Part shown: one piece after another, positions 17,081-26,243 of the stretch
Layout of the letters: each line of letters opens with the position of its first letter
How positions within the stretch are numbered: position 1 is the stretch's first letter
NCBI GenBank assembly: GCA_029856365.1
Contig: JAHQWW010000045.1
Span: 1 to 26,243, forward strand
Source: Candidatus Hodarchaeota archaeon
GTDB taxonomy: Archaea > Asgardarchaeota > Heimdallarchaeia > Hodarchaeales > Hodarchaeaceae
DNA length: 26,243 nucleotides
Reading direction: 5' to 3'
Notes under the pieces: generated by a model
What the model saw: only the letters and a program-made list of their open reading frames with translations
What the model was told of the DNA's origin: nothing
The model's database searches: none
Made by a program: the position numbers and the translations under genes

Positions 17081-18034
17081 TTGAAAATTCGTTTTGGTAT
17101 TCAGATTGAACCTCAATTAGGTTTCAGTTATGATACTGTGGAAAAAATTGCGCTAAATGCTGAAAAAGTAGGTTATGATTCTCTTTGGTCTAGTGACCAT
17201 TTTTTCCTCGATGATAAATCAGAAGAAAAAAATTGTATGGAGGCATGGACTTTGCTTGCTGCTTTAGCTGCTAAGACTAATACATTACGTCTTGGTACTC
17301 TGGTTACGTGCAATAATTATCGTTACCCCCCAGTTCTTGCAAAAATGGCAGCTACTGTGGATATGATTTCAAATGGAAGACTAGAGTTTGGTATCGGTGC
17401 AGGATGGAAAGAAATCGAATACAATGCTTATGGTATTTCGTTCCCCTCCGTCAAAGATCGTATGGATCAATTAGAAGAATCTATCCAGATTATTAAAAAG
17501 TTATGGACAGAACCTAAGGTTAATTTTTATGGAAAGCACTATCAAATTAAGGATGCATTTTCAGCACCTAAACCTATCCAGCAACCACCACCTATTTTTG
17601 TAGGGGGAACTGGAAAAAAGAGAATCCTAAATATGGTTGCAAAATATGCTGATTATTGTAACTTTGGATGGTTCCTTGATCCAAAAACTATTCCGGAGTT
17701 ATTAGATGTATTAAAACAGCATTGCAAAGATGTAAGTCGTGATTATGATTCTTTGGGGAAATCATACTTTGCATCAGTAATTGTGACTGAAACTGAAGAT
17801 GAATTAGAGAAAATTTTGGCAGAAAGAGCTAAATTACGGAACATGAGTCTAGAAGAATATAAAAAGTCTATTGATAGCTTAAATGTGTTTTATGGCACAC
17901 CAGAAGTCGTTCAACAGGGATTTGACAATCTTATTGATCTTGGATTTGATTATTTCCAAATAATGTTTCCCTATCCGAGAGATTTCGAGCAAAGCAATGA
18001 ATTCGCTAAGTTTGTATTACCAAAACTTAAATGA
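17081..18034 (+). CDS. LLM-class (probably F420-dependent) oxidoreductase
   Basis: GYDSLWSSDHF, EAWTLLAALA, RLGTLVT, YRYPPVLAKMAATVDMISNGRLEFGIGAGW, PPIFVGG. Confidence 0.93.
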   Translation: MKIRFGIQIEPQLGFSYDTVEKIALNAEKVGYDSLWSSDHFFLDDKSEEKNCMEAWTLLAALAAKTNTLRLGTLVTCNNYRYPPVLAKMAATVDMISNGRLEFGIGAGWKEIEYNAYGISFPSVKDRMDQLEESIQIIKKLWTEPKVNFYGKHYQIKDAFSAPKPIQQPPPIFVGGTGKKRILNMVAKYADYCNFGWFLDPKTIPELLDVLKQHCKDVSRDYDSLGKSYFASVIVTETEDELEKILAERAKLRNMSLEEYKKSIDSLNVFYGTPEVVQQGFDNLIDLGFDYFQIMFPYPRDFEQSNEFAKFVLPKLK

Positions 18035-18156
18035 GAACTACAACTAAAATCCAAGAATGAACATAAAGCTGAACACGAGAATGAATACGAAGTTGAAGAT
18101 GAAAATGAAACTATAGGTGTACAGGGAGTTTAAGTTCAACGATATAAAAAATTCTT

Positions 18157-18696
18157 CTATTCAATCATCAAAAAAGTATAACGGTTCATTTTCTCTGAAT
18201 AGTCTTTGAGAACTTCAATTGGGTAACCTAGCTGTCTTACTGTACTATAGACATCAATGGCCATTCCCTCGGGAGTGGGGCGCGAAAGCCGTGGGTATTT
18301 ACACGCTTCTCTCTCTTTCGTACAATCTTGGCAGATTTCACAACTATCCATAAAGAGAAGGAATGCTTTCACATAACCAGAGAGAAATACTTCTTTTTCG
18401 AGTTTCAGAAGTTCCAAGTTTATCTCTTTCGTCCAAGCAAATCGATCTTCGGGTTGTGCCACCTTTTTTTCGAAATGAAAGACCGCTGCTTCCTTGTACT
18501 CCCGAAAAAACCTTTCACATTCTGGAACTGACAAAGTATTCGGAGGACAGGAAGCATTCTTGCCGTATTCAGAACATCCAAAAATGCATTTCATTCGTAC
18601 CCAATATGAGACAATGATTTTCTCAGGATTGATCCATTTAAAGTCCGTAAATCCATTTTTTATAAATTTCCGTTCCAAATCTTTTCTAAACGCCAT
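18157..18696 (-). CDS. DUF2284-like predicted metal-binding protein
   Basis: WVRMKCIFGCSEYGKNASCPP, SCEICQDC, CKYP...RPTPEGMAIDVYSTV. Confidence 0.85.
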   Translation of the reverse strand: MAFRKDLERKFIKNGFTDFKWINPEKIIVSYWVRMKCIFGCSEYGKNASCPPNTLSVPECERFFREYKEAAVFHFEKKVAQPEDRFAWTKEINLELLKLEKEVFLSGYVKAFLLFMDSCEICQDCTKEREACKYPRLSRPTPEGMAIDVYSTVRQLGYPIEVLKDYSEKMNRYTFLMIE

Positions 18697-18813
18697 ATCC
18701 TCTCACTTTGAGATTTTTTGAATATTTTTTTTATCATGGTTATTCTAGTCTACAAGAATTGAATCTAAGATTTTTGGGGTAATTATATTCTCCTTACTTT
18801 AGATGTTATTGAT

Positions 18814-19098
18814 GTGATTAGGGTGAATACTATCCAGTTATTTCTATCCGAAAAGAAAAAACTTCAGAAAAATGTCACTATAAAGAAAAAAAGTTGTTCT
18901 ATTAGCTCAACTGATATTAGACTAAATGAACCAATAATAAAAACTCCCTTCAATCAAGTTCTAAAAACAATTCTGGAATTAATGAATAAAATCCCTGTAG
19001 AAGAAGAAGTGTCATGGAAAAATATTCATCAATTAAGACAGAAATTTGTTAAACTTCATAAAAACCCGAAATCTGGTGATTTCAATCTTAATAATTAG
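18814..19098 (+). CDS. Hypothetical protein
   Basis: 94-aa ORF co-oriented 38 nt upstream of the HerA-like gene; no motif recognised. Confidence 0.45.
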   Translation: MIRVNTIQLFLSEKKKLQKNVTIKKKSCSISSTDIRLNEPIIKTPFNQVLKTILELMNKIPVEEEVSWKNIHQLRQKFVKLHKNPKSGDFNLNN

Positions 19099-19136
19099 GT
19101 GGGAGACTAAACAAAGCTGAAATTGATTTTTGAGAT

Positions 19137-21284
19137 GTGACTCTCATGACTCAGAATGTACCAGCTTTCAACTTTCACTTCATTCCATTGAATGTAGATA
19201 AAACTAGCAACAAGGTATTTCAGAACGCTAAAGACGCCTTTTCCTTGGAGTATGCAATATTTGATCCTAAATCTGTATGGATCAATATGGTTCCTGTGGA
19301 GATTGGTCGATTTCGTAAAAAAGGGGTTGAAAGAGGGATAGCCACTATCCAACAGTTTGCTACTGCGCTAGGATTGCATCCTGATTTTCATAAGATCGGT
19401 TATACTCCCATCCATGTTCTTTTAGAATTACTACAAGATAAATTTCAGGTGGGTTCTGATGGCCCCGAATATTATTGTGGTGGAATTCTTGGATTAAAAG
19501 GTAAAACTGACAGATCTCTCACTACTACTGAGGGCTTTATGGATACGATTCTTGAAATTTCAACTGATTCTCCCCAATTTACATTTATTCAGCTTGTTTT
19601 TAAATCAATCAAACTTCCAAAGGAATTTCAAACACAAAATGATCAAGATAGTCGAATGGCTCATGTACGATTTGATATTCAGCAAGGAAAAGTGGAACGT
19701 CGTTTTCATCCTCAAAAAATAAATATTATGGAAGAAACAGGCTGTTTTGAGTTCTCACCTCGTATATTAGTAGTAGAAAAAAGTCAGGAAACCCTGCGAT
19801 CTAAACTTGATCGCCTGTCTGTCTTATTTGTTTCCAATGGGTTTAATGTCCGTTTTTATCCAACTTTCTGGCATCGTTTTTCTTCATTTAGGAGACTCTG
19901 TCTTAAGCGAAAATTCATTTCACCAATTATCTTAGACGGTTATTCTTTAATGAGTTTTATTACTCCTCCTCAAAGACAATTCTCTCATGAGGGCTATACT
20001 CTTGTTTCAAACAAAGAAGATTACACGTTATCCGCAAGTGTGAGTGAAACATCACCTCAACGAGCAATTAATCTTGGCACTCCAATCATTAGTGGTAAAA
20101 CAACAGATGTTCCTTTGTTGATTGACGGTAAAGATCTCAATAGGCATATGGCAGTGTTTGGTATGACTGGTGAGGGTAAAAGTCGTTTTATTTATGGACT
20201 AATCAAGGAATTTCACCAAAAAAAAGTTAAATTTCTTATCTTTGATCCGAAAGGGGAATATCTTGCTCCAGTCCAGTCTTTTTGTCATGATTTCATTTAT
20301 TTAAAGCCTGGATCAACCACATTTCCTTGGGGGTTAAATATTTTCCAAATACCTAAAAATGGAGTAGGAGAAAATATTGTTCCTTTGGCTGATCACATTC
20401 AGTTTGTTGTATCTATTCTTGAGCATATTTTTGAAGACACAGATGCAGTCTCACCCCAAATGCGCCGTCTCCTTCGTCTTGCAATCATTCAGACCGTGAA
20501 AGATCAAGGGGATTTTCGAACCTTTCTTAAATGGCTTAATATGCCTGATAAACTAGGAATGAAAGGTGCTTATCTAGAAAATACTGTAGCTGGTATTGTG
20601 AATCGCATTGAAAAACTCTTTTTCGGTAATACTGGGAGATGTTTTACTGTTCACAAAACAACCTTTGAAGTCTCTAATTTGTTAGATTGTAATGTTATCA
20701 TCGACCTTTCTGCCTTTGAATCAATGGAAGACCAAGGTGGAAGACAAATTTTTCTAAACGTAGTGTTTCAATACATTTACTATTTCGTTAGAAGCTTTAG
20801 ATCGCCTTATAAGGAAGAAACCCTTCCTAAAAATATTTTCATTCTAGATGAGATTCAAAAACTCATCCCTGCAAAGAATCAGAGAATTAAGACTCCAGAA
20901 TCTATGATTGGTAAAGGCCCTTGGACCTTACGAGCTTATGATATATCCATGATTTTTATTGGTACTGATCCGATAGTTGAGCAACCTATACTAACCAACA
21001 CAGGAGTCCTGACTGTTTTTTTTACAAAATTTGATCCTTATGTCATATCAAACCTACTTGGACTATCTAGAAATGAGTATGAGCGATTTCGTAATCTCTT
21101 AAAGGCAAAAACTGACGAACGACGTTGTATCGTTTCGATTAATGGTCGAATCTCTCTCTTGAGGACACACGATTTTTCTGTTGATTTACAATCCTTCCTG
21201 AACTTGGATGAACTCCTAAACCTACCCCTACAAAAAAGATTGCGTGAATCTTATCAGAACTTGGTTTTTGATCCAATGAAATAA
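19137..21284 (+). CDS. HerA/VirB4-like (DUF87) ATPase
   Basis: LNRHMAVFGMTGEGKS (Walker A), IFDPKGEY, IIDLS, IFILDEIQK (Walker B), LRAY (Arg finger position). Confidence 0.88.
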   Translation: MTLMTQNVPAFNFHFIPLNVDKTSNKVFQNAKDAFSLEYAIFDPKSVWINMVPVEIGRFRKKGVERGIATIQQFATALGLHPDFHKIGYTPIHVLLELLQDKFQVGSDGPEYYCGGILGLKGKTDRSLTTTEGFMDTILEISTDSPQFTFIQLVFKSIKLPKEFQTQNDQDSRMAHVRFDIQQGKVERRFHPQKINIMEETGCFEFSPRILVVEKSQETLRSKLDRLSVLFVSNGFNVRFYPTFWHRFSSFRRLCLKRKFISPIILDGYSLMSFITPPQRQFSHEGYTLVSNKEDYTLSASVSETSPQRAINLGTPIISGKTTDVPLLIDGKDLNRHMAVFGMTGEGKSRFIYGLIKEFHQKKVKFLIFDPKGEYLAPVQSFCHDFIYLKPGSTTFPWGLNIFQIPKNGVGENIVPLADHIQFVVSILEHIFEDTDAVSPQMRRLLRLAIIQTVKDQGDFRTFLKWLNMPDKLGMKGAYLENTVAGIVNRIEKLFFGNTGRCFTVHKTTFEVSNLLDCNVIIDLSAFESMEDQGGRQIFLNVVFQYIYYFVRSFRSPYKEETLPKNIFILDEIQKLIPAKNQRIKTPESMIGKGPWTLRAYDISMIFIGTDPIVEQPILTNTGVLTVFFTKFDPYVISNLLGLSRNEYERFRNLLKAKTDERRCIVSINGRISLLRTHDFSVDLQSFLNLDELLNLPLQKRLRESYQNLVFDPMK

Positions 21285-21612
21285 ACTCTTCTTAATATCT
21301 TACTTATTCTCTTAATAGCTCTTTCTGGATTACTAAGGAGTATATCCAACAGTTATACTTTTCTATGAGTTAGAATCATGATTTTCGGGTTCTTATAAAG
21401 AGATTTCTTCATGTATATTAAAAGTTGGGAGTTTATAATAGGGTAAAGAGTTACTACATTGATATCAATCATGCCTACTCCTTATAAGATTCTCAAAAGA
21501 AAATTAGGTGTTATTAAAACAATGCATAAGAATCTAAAAATGAGATTTTAACTAAGAAAAAAGTTAGGAGATTATATTTATTTTGGGGAAGTGGAAGAGT
21601 GAGGTTAAAACA

Positions 21613-21651
21613 ATGTGTCCGCCTGGCCCTGGTAGTCTACCAAATTCTTAA
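21613..21651 (+). CDS. Candidate small peptide MCPPGPGSLPNS
   Basis: GC-rich 39-nt ORF; GAGGT SD-like site 7 nt upstream; U-rich tract at 21704-21730; counterpart at 9679. Confidence 0.5.
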   Translation: MCPPGPGSLPNS

Positions 21652-21767
21652 GAAACTAAGAGAATGATTATAGTAACATATTACGTTCCTATATTATCTC
21701 ATCAAATTCTCTCTTTTTTTCTTCATTTCTCTCAAAAAAAAGTATTAATCAATATCTCTCGTTTTTG

Positions 21768-23306
21768 TCAAGTTGTTAAGACAAGAGGAGCTTTCCATTG
21801 CTGAGTTTTAAGGTCGTACCAGTCAAAAACAAGATTTTTAGGGTTATGATTTTCGACAATTGGCATGACACTCCATTCAAGATCAGTACGCAGCCATTGG
21901 GCTAGTTTGGAGGTTAAAAAAGTCCATATATGTATATTTGTCTCAGTGAGATAAAGATAACTAGAAGGAAGCCAAGCTAACAACCTTGAAAGTTGATCAA
22001 GTGGCATTTTGGGGAGTGTTATCCAATAATTGTCAAGTGAGAACTCAGAGATTAGTCTTAAAGAAAGAAAACAAATATGGAGTGTTTTTTGAAGATACAA
22101 TTCTCTTAATAGCTTAATTTCAGGTTTAGAAAGTCTCATGGTGATTTGACTGTTATGTGAACCCAAAGGCAGTTCCTGAAAGGAAAATCTTCTAGGAATC
22201 TTACAGTAGAGGGCAATTATTTGGGATGGATTGTGAGATTGATTATGATGCCAAAATTTATTGAATGGGGGGGATAAATAAAAAGAAAAATGCTTAATGC
22301 GCTTTTTTCGTGGGTATTGTGTCTTTAGTATCGGAACTAATCGACGCCAATCAGTTTGAGTTGGATTACGCCAACCCTTTGTAGCTTGATAGAGAAACAA
22401 AGAAACGCTTAAGTGTGAAGTGTCAATTTTTGTAAGCTCATAGAGTATTAATTGGCCAAGACGCTCACATTGTTGAAGATATTTTCGTAAGGACTCTACA
22501 AATTTAGTAGGTACAAATAAAATTCCACAATATGTATTGTGGAAGCCTCTAATCCAATAGATATTACTGTAACATAAGATGGTGTTGGTCGGATCATGAA
22601 AATCGATGATGTCTTCTAAAAAAGTAGATTCACTAAGCTGAAAATGAAAAAATAGGAGCTCTAAGCCAAATGCTGGAGTATAAAAATAAAGAAGCCAGTT
22701 TGAATCTAATCTAGAAAAAAGACCAATAAGCTTTCTTGAAAGAGTAGGTGATTTTGCTCGATTTAAGAAATAATTTTTTATGTAGCTTTGATTTAAGGCT
22801 TTAATTCCAATTTCCATACAAAGAGTGTGTACTATCTCAAGAACATGAAGCTCTTCACTGGTGAGTGGAACACTGAGTCTATTGCAGGCATATTGAAGTT
22901 GTTCCCATGCAAAATCTGTTAATGGAGTGCCTTTACTTACTAACTGAAATACCCCATGTGTATCAGAGTCACCGCGAAGCTGTTTCACAAAATATTCATA
23001 AAAATCATCTGCGTGAAAACTTGCCACGCTTAATAAATTGGATGCATTCTGGAAATAACTCTCAACGAACCAGAGGAAAGGTAGAGACCAAAACTTCTCA
23101 CTGTTTCGATATTTGTTGTTAAATCTTTGAAAGATTTCAAGAAGCTGCTTACGAGCTGCTTGAGTATCTACTTCGTAAGATTGTAGAACAGACAGGAATT
23201 CATTAAGAACAATCTGATCTGAAGGAGGATATTTTGTTACATAGTTAGGAAGTTGAGACAATATAGTTTCCATAAACCGTTTCCATGTTTTACGCTGATA
23301 AGCCAC
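21768..23306 (-). CDS. Uncharacterised ~515-aa protein, probable tandem wHTH/Lrp-AsnC-like regulator (paralogue 2)
   Basis: Colinear full-length similarity to 9753..11306. Confidence 0.75.
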   Translation of the reverse strand: MAYQRKTWKRFMETILSQLPNYVTKYPPSDQIVLNEFLSVLQSYEVDTQAARKQLLEIFQRFNNKYRNSEKFWSLPFLWFVESYFQNASNLLSVASFHADDFYEYFVKQLRGDSDTHGVFQLVSKGTPLTDFAWEQLQYACNRLSVPLTSEELHVLEIVHTLCMEIGIKALNQSYIKNYFLNRAKSPTLSRKLIGLFSRLDSNWLLYFYTPAFGLELLFFHFQLSESTFLEDIIDFHDPTNTILCYSNIYWIRGFHNTYCGILFVPTKFVESLRKYLQQCERLGQLILYELTKIDTSHLSVSLFLYQATKGWRNPTQTDWRRLVPILKTQYPRKKRIKHFSFYLSPPFNKFWHHNQSHNPSQIIALYCKIPRRFSFQELPLGSHNSQITMRLSKPEIKLLRELYLQKTLHICFLSLRLISEFSLDNYWITLPKMPLDQLSRLLAWLPSSYLYLTETNIHIWTFLTSKLAQWLRTDLEWSVMPIVENHNPKNLVFDWYDLKTQQWKAPLVLTT

Positions 23307-23399
23307 CTTTTAGTTCACCTTATTTTAATAAGGTGTTCTTTTTAAGTTTTGAAAGAAAATATTTGATAATTTTCTAGGTCTCGCTATAATTAATTTTTA

Positions 23400-23426
23400 A
23401 ATATTTATAAAGTCTTTATAAATATT
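23400..23426. promoter_or_regulatory. Perfect AT-rich palindrome in divergent intergenic region
   Basis: aatatttataaag-t-ctttataaatatt: 13-bp arms giving a TATA-like box on each strand. Confidence 0.55.
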
Positions 23427-23522
23427 ATCGATTTCATATGTTGTTTGAATCATTGGATTAGACTTCAGGAAAGAGACTTTTAAACATTCAAGTTATAACT
23501 CACTGGATCTAAAATTGTTCAA

Positions 23523-25403
23523 ATGGAAGTAATACTAATGAATAACTCATTTAGTTCTCTTAATATTGTACTTTTAGATTTTTTTAAGGACATCGAAGGC
23601 GAGTTAGCAGAGATTTTAAGTTCTCCAATGTTAAAAACCCTTTGTGAACCAATCATAGATTTAACATTGATTTTTTCTGATATTAAAAATTCAAATGAAG
23701 TAAACTCCTTTATCACTAATTCTGGTTTAAAGCAAGAAGAAATTGATGTTCTTAAACGAATTTTTGAGGATCCTTTTCAAACGTCCTTTTCTTATGGCTA
23801 TAAGGATAAAGAATTCGTTTTCATTCAGCTAGAAAAAACTTCTCCCTTACTTAAACCTATTCATCGAAATGGACTCAAAGGATTAATTTTTCACGAAATT
23901 TTTCACTCTATTCAACGACAACGCGGTTTAGAGGTTCGCTTACGTAATTCATTAGTTTTCAGTCTTGAATTTTTTACCCAATTAGCATCCATAATGCCTC
24001 CTGATATTTTTGATCAAAAAGAGCTAATAGCTTTTCTCAAAAAGATTTCACAGGTTGCCCTATTATCGCTTAAGGACATTTTTGTTAACGTTGAGATGAT
24101 GAAAAGAGGATTGAGTAATCCATTGTTAGATTATTATAGTGTGGAGCTTCGTTTTGAGGAATCTGATCGAATTGCTCCACCTATCCTCGAAATTCCTTTT
24201 CAAAAAGGTGAAATAAAGATTAAAGATCTTGAGGCGTTTGCTAAAGCATTCAACTACATTATTTCACTCATTCCTGTTTGGTTACCCACTATGGTTCTAC
24301 AGGAAGATTCTATAGACTATGCACCTTCCCGTAAACTGAAACATCATATTTTCCAGAAGTATTACATTAATCCATCTCTCATAACTAGTGAGATGTGGCA
24401 TATAGAGAATGTCTTCTTGACAAGTTTCTCATTTTCTAAAAGTTTTCATTTTAAATGGTTTGGAGCAATCTTTAATTTAGCATTAGAGTATCTCATCGGT
24501 GAGGATTTTGTTTTCTATCACTTATCAAAGGCTACTGAACTAGTTGAAGCCATTTATGAAGGACAGAAAGACTCTGAAAGGCAAAATCTTGCAATGGTTC
24601 CGATTTTGAAAGCAGCTTACGTCCATAAGAGAGAACATCCAGCAGGAATACAACAGAAGAACGTTGAAGATCTAGATGCAGCAATGAAGCGCTATAATAT
24701 TGATCAAGAGGAGATTTTTGAATTAGAAGAATCTCTCGACGAATTAGGTAAAACAGAGGACAACCACTTTAATCATTTCTTCGAAAATCTACTTCAATTA
24801 TCCATCATGATTCTAGCACGAGATTTTAGACAAGATGTTTTCCATGGTCATCAAACATCTATAAAGGATTTTGGACGTGCTATTCTTACGCTTCTTCAGG
24901 CTATCAGTCATCTGGGTGATCAATGTGATGATGAATATTATCATTCCGTCAGGTTAACTGTAAAACGATTACTTAGAAGTGATAATGTTTTCAAACAGAA
25001 ACAACTGGCCCTTCATTTGGAAATTATTGCGAAGGAGGAAATTTTCACCTCGGGTATTGAATCCTCTTCAGCTGAGGGGGAAGAACTCCTATTCAATTTT
25101 GATTTCTTTGAAATCCCTCTAAGCAATACATTTATTGAAATAGGTATTTCTTTTATTAATAACATCAAGACTGTCTTAAAGAAAGTACCTATTGATGATA
25201 CGGAATTCCCTTTATTAGTCTCACAGTTCAATAGTATTCTCCTCTCAGATAAAGAGCTCAACACTGAAGAAATGGATCAGATAGATATGATCCTGGTTAG
25301 CAGCCTCATTGCCACCACAGGAGTTCCTTTCACCATGATTCAGCCAGTTCTCGAGCAATTTATAGCTTTGAATCGTCCATCTCAAGCGGAAAATGATGAA
25401 TAA
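23523..25403 (+). CDS. Hypothetical protein with HExxH zinc-binding motif
   Basis: 626-aa ORF; GLIFHEIFHSIQR followed by KDIFVN. Confidence 0.7.
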   Translation: MEVILMNNSFSSLNIVLLDFFKDIEGELAEILSSPMLKTLCEPIIDLTLIFSDIKNSNEVNSFITNSGLKQEEIDVLKRIFEDPFQTSFSYGYKDKEFVFIQLEKTSPLLKPIHRNGLKGLIFHEIFHSIQRQRGLEVRLRNSLVFSLEFFTQLASIMPPDIFDQKELIAFLKKISQVALLSLKDIFVNVEMMKRGLSNPLLDYYSVELRFEESDRIAPPILEIPFQKGEIKIKDLEAFAKAFNYIISLIPVWLPTMVLQEDSIDYAPSRKLKHHIFQKYYINPSLITSEMWHIENVFLTSFSFSKSFHFKWFGAIFNLALEYLIGEDFVFYHLSKATELVEAIYEGQKDSERQNLAMVPILKAAYVHKREHPAGIQQKNVEDLDAAMKRYNIDQEEIFELEESLDELGKTEDNHFNHFFENLLQLSIMILARDFRQDVFHGHQTSIKDFGRAILTLLQAISHLGDQCDDEYYHSVRLTVKRLLRSDNVFKQKQLALHLEIIAKEEIFTSGIESSSAEGEELLFNFDFFEIPLSNTFIEIGISFINNIKTVLKKVPIDDTEFPLLVSQFNSILLSDKELNTEEMDQIDMILVSSLIATTGVPFTMIQPVLEQFIALNRPSQAENDE

Positions 25404-25474
25404 ACCCTGATCTCCTTTGGTTTACAAAATAAATCTCGTTATTGCACTTGTTGGAATTTCCACCATGGAAAAAA

Positions 25475-25640
25475 CGGCACCAGCAGGAATTTCAGACGGA
25501 AACACCATATTTCTATCTTTTGAACCTGCGACCACCCGGTATCTGTTGAGACTCCTTGTAGAGTAACTTAATAACAGCCGGACGCTCTACCTGTTCAGAG
25601 GAAGAACGGAAAGCTCTATCCTAAACTGAGCTATGATGCC
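25475..25640 (-). tRNA. tRNA-Asn(GUU) with three BHB introns
   Basis: Acceptor GGCAUCA/UGGUGCC with G73; introns 25623-25593 (D-loop), 25571-25541 (37/38), 25518-25489 (59/60); spliced product is a 74-nt cloverleaf. Confidence 0.88.
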
Positions 25641-25657
25641 TTTTTTTGAAGAGGAGA

Positions 25658-25783
25658 TGGGCCTGGGGGGATTTGAACCCACGACCATCCGGTTTCTCAA
25701 GCTCATTTGGGCAATATGAGCCGGACGCTCTAACCATTTCAGAGAGTGAAAGTGTTGAACACCCTAAACTGAGCTACAGGCCC
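25658..25783 (-). tRNA. tRNA with CAU anticodon, probably tRNA-Ile2, with two BHB introns
   Basis: Acceptor GGGCCUG/CAGGCCC with A73; anticodon arm UCCGG-CUCAUAA-CCGGA; introns 25766-25737 and 25714-25694; GGGCC start is typical of archaeal Ile rather than Met tRNAs. Confidence 0.85.
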
Positions 25784-26008
25784 ATTATATATCTGTTAAT
25801 GGAAGCGTTTCAATAGATATTGAAATTCATTTTTTGTTTAAGATTGTAATAAGTTTTGCTAGTTCTGTTTTTTTAACCTTTTTGCCAATAGTGATGCTAG
25901 ATACAACCCCACAGAATTTCTACCTGATTGATGAATACAAATCAATTGTTTATATGCCCTGATACCAAGGACATTACAAAGTCTGAAAACCTTTTTGTCA
26001 GCAAATAT

Positions 26009-26243
26009 CTAAGGGTATACCACATATAGTCCATCTTGAAAGACAGTTGGATCTTTACTTTGCCGTCCTCGCAAGCGAGTAGCTTCTGCCAATCGTGCTG
26101 CGGTTTGCGAGACTTTTTCAACGTCTATTCCAGTCATTGTTATTATATCCCCCTTTACAGTAATGGTAACCAACTTATCATAAGGTATTCTTATTGGGTC
26201 TCGCCTTCCGTAAAGGTTTTTCACTAAAATATAATTTTCTTGG
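26009..26243 (-). CDS. rpl6: 50S ribosomal protein uL6, C-terminal part (5' truncated by window edge)
   Basis: TGIDVEKVSQTAARLAEATR...KDPTVFQDGLYV matches the archaeal L6/eukaryotic L9 C-terminal signature D.R.F.DGIY. Confidence 0.9.
   Translation of the reverse strand, partial: QENYILVKNLYGRRDPIRIPYDKLVTITVKGDIITMTGIDVEKVSQTAARLAEATRLRGRQSKDPTVFQDGLYVVYP

Noticed and set aside
18050-18115. 6-nt periodic GAAnnn low-complexity tract between convergent genes
   Set aside because: Short and degenerate with no start codon; likely a slippage product or terminator region.

Overview
AT-rich archaeal DNA. It is most likely from an Asgard archaeon (Heimdallarchaeia/Hodarchaeales-like); this is inferred from Rab- and Arf/Rag-like small GTPases, a MIT-like domain, BHB-intron tRNAs and an archaeal uL6. 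The left ~14.5 kb is a mosaic accessory region. About eleven full or partial copies of one dispersed repeat, all in the same orientation, separate short gene modules: three toxin-antitoxin pairs, a degenerate HerA-like ATPase, MIT-like and Zn-finger proteins, an ATPase-wHTH, an ACT protein, small GTPases and gene fragments. This resembles a cassette array, but no recombinase is visible. Two paralogous ~515-aa proteins (tandem wHTH/Lrp-like by my reading) are each faced by an unannotated 11-12 codon Pro-rich peptide ORF (MPPQSGSPPCQ and MCPPGPGSLPNS). Each peptide ORF has an SD-like site upstream and a shared U-rich tract downstream, making this a candidate peptide-plus-receptor/modifier system. 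The right part carries DinB, an F420-dependent LLM oxidoreductase, DUF2284, an intact HerA/VirB4-like ATPase, a HExxH protein, tRNA-Asn(GUU) with three introns, tRNA-Ile2(CAU) with two introns, and the 3' end of rpl6. All calls come from manual motif reading; no searches were run.
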